The notes under the pieces were generated by a model. It was given only the letters and a program-made list of their open reading frames with translations. It ran no database searches and had not been told where the DNA came from. A stretch of DNA of 64,000 nt from a virus (Duplodnaviria; Caudoviricetes): the IMG/VR virus record IMGVR_UViG_3300027333_000001. One strand, given 5' to 3'. A program made the translations under genes and the position numbers. This document shows, one piece after another, positions 54,689-63,900 of this stretch (the stretch's first letter is position 1; each line of letters starts with the position of its first letter).

Positions 54689-55235
54689 ATTTGTTTTTAA
54701 TAGATGCTAAACGAAGTCTTAAAGAAGATCGTTTACAGGTTTTTGGTCTAGGATTTTGCTCGCCATCAAAATAAGTAGTCACAATAATTGCTTTACCTTT
54801 TTTCACTTTAAAAGCTAAAAATAAGTTTCCTAATTTTCTATCAATAAAATTGATATCTGCACCTATGCGAATTGCAGATTCCCAAGTAAGATACTGTGCT
54901 GAATTTTGTGATTTCTCATTATAGTATTGCTTTACAAAGTTTCTAAGAGCAATACGAATATCGCCTGTCGTAACACCTCTTAAATCCATACGATATTGAG
55001 CATGAGAAGATAATTCAATTTCACTAATAAGTTTATTATGTTCTAAAGGTTTTTCCACTATTCTTGGATAAACTACACTTGCCTCTAAATTATCTAAATC
55101 TTCAGCATTTTCTACCTTATCAATAAGGATATTTTCAATATATCCTTCATTCAATTTATCATCTACTCTTTTCACTACTTTGCAGATACCACCCGGGTAT
55201 CCCAACATAGGATCTAAATCAGATACTCTTTTCAT
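54675..55235 (-). CDS. Protein with possible DUF4258/BECR RNase-like domain
   Basis: SSHAQYRMDLRGVT...AIIVTTY; C-terminal RLRLAS. Confidence 0.45.
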   Translation of the reverse strand: MKRVSDLDPMLGYPGGICKVVKRVDDKLNEGYIENILIDKVENAEDLDNLEASVVYPRIVEKPLEHNKLISEIELSSHAQYRMDLRGVTTGDIRIALRNFVKQYYNEKSQNSAQYLTWESAIRIGADINFIDRKLGNLFLAFKVKKGKAIIVTTYFDGEQNPRPKTCKRSSLRLRLASIKNKFNIS

Positions 55236-55290
55236 TTTATGTTATCCTTTCTTTGTATCATATATACTTAAAATTATTTAAGGATTAAAA

Positions 55291-55533
55291 ATGCCTAAAG
55301 TTTTGTTTGTTGTCCAAAATGAAGAAGTGATTTCTATTTTAGAAGAATCACTTCACATGATCTTACCTGAATCGTATGACTATATTTTATGGTTGCCTAA
55401 AGAAACATGGTTTGGCAACCATGTTAGATTTATGGTAGATCGAAAAGTAGAAAGAATTTCAGATCTCAATCCTAAGAAATATAAATATGACAAAAACGAA
55501 TGGGATGTCTTTAAAGAAAAAATAAGACAATGA
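55291..55533 (+). CDS. Small hypothetical protein
   Basis: 80 aa with AAGGA SD. Confidence 0.5.
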   Translation: MPKVLFVVQNEEVISILEESLHMILPESYDYILWLPKETWFGNHVRFMVDRKVERISDLNPKKYKYDKNEWDVFKEKIRQ

Positions 55534-58500
55534 CTATTCTTCTATAATAAACTTTTCACCTGTCAAAGATTCAAGTGTTCGGATCATCTTTTCCATATTG
55601 ATGCGAATAACTTTACCTGTCTTTTTATTAAAAGAATAATATTCCCATTCACCTTCTTCATTATGTGATGATAGTCTTGTATTATTGCCACCACTATCTT
55701 GTACATAAATTTCAGTATCTGAAACATCTACTTTGGCATAAACATGAGCATGATCTGCTACTGTAGATGGATGATTAATTTGTTTTTTAAGCTGGATATA
55801 TCCATTAGATACTATATTGCCTGTATCATTATCTACACTTAAAACTTGTGTAGGATTAACCAATGCACTTGCATCTGTTATACTTGTAGGTGTAGCTAAA
55901 CTAGCATAAGACCATGAAGAATTATCCAAAACTAAAGTATATGGATTATCCTCACTAGAAAAACCACCACCATAAGGCAAGACATCATTATATGTAAATC
56001 CTGTGGCAAATTGATTTGTGGAAAGATAAATCTGAAAGTCTTTATTTGGTGATGTGTTATCATTATCTGTTCTAATAGTAAAATAGTAAGTAGAGTTCTG
56101 ATCTAGCACAAGACTAGCATTTGCTACTGTACTGCCATTTGTATATGCACTCGCTTGACTTGCTATATATCTTTTATATCCCTGTGTAGTATCTTCCTCT
56201 AAATAATCTGTACCACTATCCTGCAATAAAACTAAATCCACTGATTCTCTTGTAACACCACCATCGGATGTTTTAAAAATATAAAAATACTCTAAATCAT
56301 TTCTTGAAGTAGAGTTATATTTAACAAAGACATATGCAGTTTGAGTAGAAACATTTAGACCATCATAAACAGAAATATTGCCACCATAGGATTTTATATT
56401 GCCTGTGAACTCATTATTAGCATTTAATAAAGGAATGTTTGCAGTATTGGATAAATCAGTAGATGCCAATTTACTATTAACAAAAGCACTACCATTATAT
56501 CTTAATGTTTGTCCTGTCACTTGAGAACTAACTGTAACATCTGATAAGTCATTTAAGACCATTGCAGATAATTCAGTTTGCACATAGGCTGTAGTTGCCA
56601 CTTTGGTTGAATTATCATTTGCAGATTGAGTAGTAGCTGTTGCACTTGAACCTAATGCAATCGCACCATTTAAAGTAACTGTACTATTCACTACAAGTTT
56701 ATTGACTACTGCATAAGTATCTACATCTAATCTTGTTAATGTTGTTAAGTCAGATGCTTTATCAAAATTAGCTAAAGATGAAGTTCTAGTATCATAGATA
56801 TATGTACTTGCTGTTAAAGAATTACTTGTAGGTACATTCGCAATAATTTCATAAGTAGTTTCTACAACATTCGTATCCATACCACTGCCAGCTAAATCTA
56901 CATAGCTTAATCCTAAACCATCATTGCTATCTGATACAGCTAAAGCAAAATCAGGATTGCCATCTTGTACTCTATTCCAAGATGAAATATAATAAGTTAA
57001 GTTTGGATCTCTTTTAAATGAAGCATTAGGTGTGTCATTCGGATTTGTATATTGAGAAAAGCCATTTGCTTTATATACAGAATAATCAAAAGTATATGTA
57101 GTTGCACCACTCATAAAGCTAGTGATTTTTTGAAGATAATGTGTGCCACTGTCTTGTATTAAAGTTAAAGGAATGACTTGTCTTGTTTCTCCACCATCAG
57201 GACTTGTAAAGACATAAAAGAAATCATCCATACCACTTCTATTATCAAATTTCACATAAATATAGGCATCATTTAAAGATGCAGGTGTGAACATATCTAT
57301 GGTATCAGATACATTATCTACTTTAAATTTATCTTCACCTGCTACTGATTCCACTAATAAATAATCACCATTAAAGGTATTATCGCCTGTGAATGTATTA
57401 TTATTTGCAAGATAAACATCACCACCTCCACCACCTGCATTATCATTAATCCAAACACTACCATTATATTTTAAAACTTGACCTGTGGATAAAGTACCTA
57501 ATGTTACATCTGTCAATCCATCTAAGGTTGTCGATACACTACCTGCTACTGTATAGATTTGATTATCTAATCTGTCTAAAGCATCTGTTAAACTTGTAGC
57601 TGAACTTAAATAGTTTGTTGAAATGCCACCACCTGTGACCCATACACCACTAGCATCAACGAAACCACCAATAGAACTTTCAATATTATTAACTTCAGTT
57701 TGGGAAGATGCACCTATATTAGTTCTAGCAGTAGCTGGATCATTTAAACCACTTAAATTATCTACTTTATAAACAATAGATGAAGTATCAAACATATCTG
57801 AAGATGATAGTCTTGTGTTTAAAAAGACTGCTCCATTATATCTTAATATTTGACCTGCCACCAAAGCACCTGCATCAATAGAAACATCAGATAAATCATC
57901 TAAAGATGCCACTGATCCTGATGAAGTGCCATTAATCCATTTACTTGTACTTGTATCATATTTTAAGACTTGATTATTTGATGGTGTGCCTGTAATCACT
58001 ACATCGGATAAATCATCTAAGATCATAGCTGATAATTCTGTTTGCACAAATTCTGTTGTAGCAATTTTAGTAGTATTATCATTTGCACTAGCTGTAGGTG
58101 CAGTAGGTGTTCCTGTTAATGCAGGACTTGCTAAAGGTGCATAAGTTCCTGAAATGCCACTTACCTGAGTAGCTGTTATTCCTGTTATTAAAGATCCATC
58201 AATCGCAGGTATTTGAGCAGATCCATTTAATTGCACAATGTTATTTGCAGATGTACCTGCATTATATGTAGATGCACTTCCCAAACCTAAATTTGATCTT
58301 GCTGTACTTGTGCTAGAAAGACCACTTAAATTATCTGCTTTTAATAAGAAATCTGTTTTATGACTTCCATCCAGCAAATCAGCATCAAGACTTGAACCAC
58401 TGCCATCTACTGTTAATAACTTTGTTAGTACATCGGATGCAGTGTAGTCAGTAGTTTTAACAAGATCAGAACCATCGCTTAAATTACTAGAACTCAAAGC

Positions 58501-58911
58501 ACTATTGATCCAAATGCTACCATTATATTTTAAAATTTGATTAGGACTTGGACTAGAAATCGTAACATCTGTTAATCCATTTAAAGTAGTAGCACCTGAT
58601 CCTCCACCACCAATTTCTTCAATTAGATTTTGAACGAAAGCAGTAGTAGCAAGTTTAGTAGAATTATCAATAGATGCTTGTGTATCAGCAGTAGCAGAAG
58701 ATCCAAGATAAATAGTAGGATTAGAAATGACAGTCAAATCTGTTTGTAGGATAAGACCTTTTTTAAAAGTGATAACATCATTAAAGGTTTTCTCACCATT
58801 GATATTTTGATCACCTGAAAGAGTAACAAAAGAAGATTGTTTTCTATTAAAGGTAAATTCGATTTGGGAAAGTCTAGTTTCAAGACTTGCTAATCTTTGA
58901 GTAATTTCCAT
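55534..58911 (-). CDS. Tail fibre / receptor-binding-like protein
   Basis: LxDLSDV and DNSTKxATTA repeats, two copies of an internal globular domain, C-terminal HNEEGEWEYYS...RINMEKMIR domain typical of fibre ends. Confidence 0.75.
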   Translation of the reverse strand: MEITQRLASLETRLSQIEFTFNRKQSSFVTLSGDQNINGEKTFNDVITFKKGLILQTDLTVISNPTIYLGSSATADTQASIDNSTKLATTAFVQNLIEEIGGGGSGATTLNGLTDVTISSPSPNQILKYNGSIWINSALSSSNLSDGSDLVKTTDYTASDVLTKLLTVDGSGSSLDADLLDGSHKTDFLLKADNLSGLSSTSTARSNLGLGSASTYNAGTSANNIVQLNGSAQIPAIDGSLITGITATQVSGISGTYAPLASPALTGTPTAPTASANDNTTKIATTEFVQTELSAMILDDLSDVVITGTPSNNQVLKYDTSTSKWINGTSSGSVASLDDLSDVSIDAGALVAGQILRYNGAVFLNTRLSSSDMFDTSSIVYKVDNLSGLNDPATARTNIGASSQTEVNNIESSIGGFVDASGVWVTGGGISTNYLSSATSLTDALDRLDNQIYTVAGSVSTTLDGLTDVTLGTLSTGQVLKYNGSVWINDNAGGGGGDVYLANNNTFTGDNTFNGDYLLVESVAGEDKFKVDNVSDTIDMFTPASLNDAYIYVKFDNRSGMDDFFYVFTSPDGGETRQVIPLTLIQDSGTHYLQKITSFMSGATTYTFDYSVYKANGFSQYTNPNDTPNASFKRDPNLTYYISSWNRVQDGNPDFALAVSDSNDGLGLSYVDLAGSGMDTNVVETTYEIIANVPTSNSLTASTYIYDTRTSSLANFDKASDLTTLTRLDVDTYAVVNKLVVNSTVTLNGAIALGSSATATTQSANDNSTKVATTAYVQTELSAMVLNDLSDVTVSSQVTGQTLRYNGSAFVNSKLASTDLSNTANIPLLNANNEFTGNIKSYGGNISVYDGLNVSTQTAYVFVKYNSTSRNDLEYFYIFKTSDGGVTRESVDLVLLQDSGTDYLEEDTTQGYKRYIASQASAYTNGSTVANASLVLDQNSTYYFTIRTDNDNTSPNKDFQIYLSTNQFATGFTYNDVLPYGGGFSSEDNPYTLVLDNSSWSYASLATPTSITDASALVNPTQVLSVDNDTGNIVSNGYIQLKKQINHPSTVADHAHVYAKVDVSDTEIYVQDSGGNNTRLSSHNEEGEWEYYSFNKKTGKVIRINMEKMIRTLESLTGEKFIIEE

Positions 58912-58929
58912 GTTAAGTTAATCCTTTTG

Positions 58930-59634
58930 TTAAACCATAGTTTGAGCAAATGCTTGCCAAGTGATATTAGAGAAAGTACCTGTTCTACCTACAGCAGTGT
59001 CAGTAGTTAAAGTAGCATTAGATGTAGCTAAAAGTAATAATCTTGAACCTGCTATATTAGCTAAAGGTGCAGTAGGTCTAGTGAAATTAGAGGTATAGAC
59101 AGCAGTACCTTTTACCCATCTGAAATTAGTCATCCAACCACCAAAAGAACCACCTACTGAAGGTGTAGTTTCATTACCGATAACTAAATTATTTGTAGTG
59201 TTATTGAAATTGTAATTGTTTACTAAAGTAGAACCAAATTGAGTGCCATCTTTAAAAACTTTAATATTATTAGAGGCATCTCTTGTGATTGCGAAATGCA
59301 CCCACTTGTTTTTATAGTCAGTTGTATTCATAGCAGAGCCAAAACCATTAGCACCACCATTAATCCAAAAGTAGAATTGACCACCTTCAATACTAACACC
59401 CATAAATGTAGATGGATAATTTCCGATAGCAAATATTCTAGGGAAAGAATTACTATCTGTTTGATATTGAAACCATTCGATAGTAAACTCACCTGATTGA
59501 GGATACATATTACTATCTTGACCATAGCTGATATTTGAGTTAGATGCACCTGTAAATTTCATAGTACCTACAAGAGCAAGGTCAAATGTTGATGTAGAAG
59601 AAGGCTTTAAAATGCCATGTGTTGCTTTTAACAT
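58930..59634 (-). CDS. LamG/concanavalin-like tail-associated protein
   Basis: MLKATHGI; FTIEWF, KWVHFAITR, FGGWMTNFRWVKGTAVYTSNF. Confidence 0.75.
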   Translation of the reverse strand: MLKATHGILKPSSTSTFDLALVGTMKFTGASNSNISYGQDSNMYPQSGEFTIEWFQYQTDSNSFPRIFAIGNYPSTFMGVSIEGGQFYFWINGGANGFGSAMNTTDYKNKWVHFAITRDASNNIKVFKDGTQFGSTLVNNYNFNNTTNNLVIGNETTPSVGGSFGGWMTNFRWVKGTAVYTSNFTRPTAPLANIAGSRLLLLATSNATLTTDTAVGRTGTFSNITWQAFAQTMV

Positions 59635-60897
59635 TTATTTTCCATAAGATGCTTTAGTAGCATTATAGTTGTTTAAGATTGTATCTGAACTAATAGCATC
59701 ATTCCAAACATGAAAAGCTCCAAATCTGAAATTAGCTCCAGCTCCACTTCCCATATTTATACCTGTAGGATAACCTAAAGCATAATATAGACCTTTAGTT
59801 AAAGTATTATATGGTGTTTGTCTTATTCTAGTAGATGATCCTGCTGATTGACCATTAACATAAGCATTTAAACTAGTACCATTATAGGTATATCCTACAT
59901 AATGCCATGTGTTTAAAGATGCAGATACAGAAGAAGTTATTGTAGAGCCCGGATTCAATTCAGATGATTGAAAAGAATAAGTACCTTGAGATGGTCTTTT
60001 CCATACAACAATAAGACCTTCACCACCACCATATTCTTGATACCTTGCTCTAAAAGAATATTTAATACCTGCTGTTAAAGATACATTACCATATACGGGT
60101 CCACTCATACCATGTCCACCATAATAACTTGTTACAAGACTTCCACCTATAAAGACATCACCACCATCATCAGAATTAACACCGAAAGAATAAGTACCTG
60201 TTTCAGCAGGTATAAAAGTAGCAGATACTTCAACAGAAAAAAAATCACCACCATTAGGTACAGTAGCACCTGCATTTGTTAAAGTAACATAACTAGAATG
60301 GTTTAAAGATGTAGTACCTGCCATAGTACCTTCCCAAGCTAAAGTAGTATTACTATATGCTGTATTAAATAGCTTATCGAAATCACTTGTTATTGTAGGA
60401 TATTGTCCATATTGAGAAGTAGAACCATTGCCACCATGAGTACTATATATTTTAACATTAGTTATATTAGAATATGGAAATACCCCAAATCGAGGTGTTC
60501 CACTTACCCATTCTATTGTAGATAAATACCAACCTGAATTTGGTGTTGTAGAACCTAATTCAGATACAATCACACCATTAGATGTAGGATAACACCATAC
60601 AAAAACAGATATGTTATCACTTGTGTTAGCAGGTGATAAGGATGAGTTTAAGTTGGTAGTTGATCTTAAATAATTACTAGCACTAAGATCAAGAGATAAG
60701 TATTTAGGTGAAGCATTAGTAAAAGAGTTTGTACCAACAAGTAAGCCATTATTTGTGCTATCTAAATCAGTGATAGTAGTACCTGATCCACTATAAGAAG
60801 ATGAGTTTTGGATATCCCAATAAGTGATCATAGATGCACCTGAGATAAAGGTATATGTAGATGTTTTAGACAAGATACCATGTGTTGCAGTAAGCAT
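59635..60897 (-). CDS. LamG-like protein with an inserted PA14 domain
   Basis: ATG 60897; LamG halves match 23401-24180; insert has YSFGVNSDDGGDVFI and RARYQEYGGGEGL. Confidence 0.75.
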   Translation of the reverse strand: MLTATHGILSKTSTYTFISGASMITYWDIQNSSSYSGSGTTITDLDSTNNGLLVGTNSFTNASPKYLSLDLSASNYLRSTTNLNSSLSPANTSDNISVFVWCYPTSNGVIVSELGSTTPNSGWYLSTIEWVSGTPRFGVFPYSNITNVKIYSTHGGNGSTSQYGQYPTITSDFDKLFNTAYSNTTLAWEGTMAGTTSLNHSSYVTLTNAGATVPNGGDFFSVEVSATFIPAETGTYSFGVNSDDGGDVFIGGSLVTSYYGGHGMSGPVYGNVSLTAGIKYSFRARYQEYGGGEGLIVVWKRPSQGTYSFQSSELNPGSTITSSVSASLNTWHYVGYTYNGTSLNAYVNGQSAGSSTRIRQTPYNTLTKGLYYALGYPTGINMGSGAGANFRFGAFHVWNDAISSDTILNNYNATKASYGK

Positions 60898-60907
60898 AAA
60901 AAACCTA

Positions 60908-63900
60908 TCAAGTAGCAGATAAATCACCAAAGAGATACCAAGTAGTAGATGTAGTTTTAACAAGAGTAGCACCACTATATTGACTTGCTACATATCTATT
61001 ACTAGATACAGAATATAAAGTATCTGTAGTAATAGCAACATTGACTTTACCTGTACCTAATCTTGCAATTAAGATTTGAGTACCAACAGGGAAAGCAACA
61101 GAAGAATTTGCAGGTATTGTTAAAGTCAAATTACTTGCAGAGTTAAATTCAATCATTTTACCTTCATCACCAATAACTAAAGTATAGTTTGTAGTTTTTT
61201 GATCTGTAGTAACTCTTGTAGCAGTTTGAACATAAGCAGTAGTAGCAATAGCAGTAGAATTATTTAAAGCAGTTTGTGTAGTAGCGACAGATGTAGAAGA
61301 TAAAGTAATTTTACCTGAGCCACTAAAAGCAATATCACCTGTAAAGGTTTTAGTTCCACCAACAGATTGAGATGTAGTAGTATCAACAAAAGCTGAACTC
61401 GCTTGGGTAGCTATCGTACCAAGACCTAAGTTAGTTCTAGCTGTGCTTGCATTATTTAAGTCAGATAAGTTATTAGCTACCTGCAAGAATGTGCCTGTAC
61501 TTTGAGTAGATGCAGTACCTAATCCCAAAGTAGTTCTAGCTGTGCTTGCATCTGCATCATCAATTAAAGAACGACCAAAAGTTGTAATGGTTGTTGTTGT
61601 AAAGGTATCAACATTTGTTGCATAAATAAGAGTATCAGCACTTGTTGAAACACTAGCCAAACCTGCTAATGTAGCATCATAGGCTTGTACATTTGTACCT
61701 ATTGCCAAACCTAAATTAGTTCTAGCAGTACCTGCATTATTTAAATCAGATAAGTTATTAGCTACCTGTAAAAATGTACTTGTGCTTTGAGTAGATGCAG
61801 TACCTAATCCCAAAGTTGATCTAGCAGTACTAGCATCAGCATCATCTAATAAAGTTCTAGCAAATGAACTTAAAGTTGTAGTAGTGAAAGTGTCTACACC
61901 ATTAGCATAAATAAGAGTATCAGCACTTGTTGTAACAGATGCAAGACCTGCAAGTGTAGCATCATATGCTTGCACATTAGTACCTATTGCCAAACCTAAA
62001 GTTGTCCTAGCTGTGCTTGCATCAGTATCATCTATAAGACTTCTTCCAAATGAACTAAGAGTAGTCATGGCAAAGGTATCTGCACCTGTGGAATAAATAG
62101 TTTGATCTGCAACAGTAGTTAATCCAGCTAAAGCATTTAAAGTAGCATCGTATGCTTGTACATTTGTACCTATTACTAATCCTAGATTTGACCTTGCTGT
62201 TGTAGTATCTGCAAGTCCACTTAAATTTCCTGCCTTTGTTAATAAATCTGTTACATTTTCTACAGAGGCAGTACCTAAACCTAAAGTAGTTCTAGCTGTA
62301 CTTGCATCGGCATCGTCAATAAGACCCCTGCCAAATGCACTAATATCTGTTGTAGTAAAGCTATCAACACCATCAGCATATATTAATTTATTAGCACTTG
62401 TTGAAACACTAGCTAAAGCATTAAGTGTAGCATCATAGGCTTGTACATTTGTACCTATTACTAATCCTAAAGTTGATCTTGATGCACTAGCATCAGCATC
62501 ATCTATAAGACTTCTACCAAACGAACTTAAATCTGTTGTAGTAAAGCTATCAACACCATCAGCATATATAAGTTTATTCGCTGTTGTAGATACAGATGCC
62601 AAAGCAGTTAAAGTAGCATCTAAAGGTTGAGCATCTGTAATGCCATATCCTGATAAAGAAGTAGGATTAGTACCTGCTGTAACACGACCATAGGTATCTA
62701 CTGTTACAGATTTATATGTATCTGCATTAACACCACTTGTAGCTAAATCAACAACAGGAATGGATGCAGTACCTGAAATAGAAATACCTGTGCCTGCACT
62801 AACACTTTCTACATAAGCACCTGTAGTATCTGTACCTAAAGTAATCGTACCTAAAGAAGTAGTCATACTGATAGGTGATGTACCACCATTAAAAGAAACA
62901 GAACCTGTGACATCGCCTATTAAGGATAAAGTCATAGCAGATGCCCAAGCAGTAGCTGTACTTGCATTACCTGTTAAACCACCATCTACAATTAAATCAC
63001 CATAAACATGAACATCACCAGCATTATCAACACTAAAGATCGTATCACCTACATTATCTTTAAGATCAATACTGCCAGCTAAAAGACCTGCATAGGAAAC
63101 AGTACCACCTGTGGTTAATAGATTACCAACACTTGTACCATCAATACTACTAGCAGTAATAAAGGCAAATTTATGTTGGGATTCACTCCAAAACATACCT
63201 GCATTATCTTGATTACCACGATCAATAATAACACCTGAATCATTAACAGGATTAGCATTACCGATTTCATCATTAAGAACGATAAGAGTATCTTTAACAG
63301 AAAGGTTTTCAGAATGTAGAGTAGATAAAGTACCATTAATAGAGAAATTGCCATCAATAGAAAAATTACCTGAGATGTCAAAATCGCCTATTTGAGAAAC
63401 ATAACCTACAAGATTAATAGTATTGCTAGTGATAGTAGTAACAGTAGATGAAATATCAGTAAGACTAGAACTTGAATCAAAGGCATCCGTAGAGATACTG
63501 CCATTAATAGTAGTGTTATTAGAAATATAAACACCATGATTGAGAGTAAGTTCAGAGATATTATCTACAAGAATAAGGTCATCGATATTTAAAGTACCAT
63601 TAACAGAAGTAGTAGCACTAGCAGTATTAACAGAAAAAACGACTTGGCTTTCATCATTAAAGACAGTCAGATTACTGTTATTATTAATATTTAAATCGCC
63701 ATAAACATCAGCACCTTGATTTAAAGAAGTTGTTTCAAGATTAGTAGTACCTGTGATATTAACATCGCCTGATTGACTGTCTAAAGTGATAGTAGGATTA
63801 TCATCATGGTTTAAAGTCAGAGTGACAGTATCTAAACCATAGCTATTAAGTTTAAGATTATCATTAATATTTACGATACTGTCAAAGTTTGTAGGACTAT

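Noticed and set aside
302-60103. Avoidance of W-GGWCC-W (all nine GGWCC sites seen have at least one G/C flank)
   Set aside because: Small sample from a by-eye scan and no known enzyme specificity; needs an exact count before it can be claimed.
71-63381. Numerous short antisense or alternate-frame ORFs in the track (e.g. 71-328, 1118-1318, 15403-15912, 17353-17805, 22280-22588, 39815-40222, 44958-45335, 63115-63381)
   Set aside because: They are shadows of well-supported genes on the other strand or frame, with no SD and composition typical of antisense translation.
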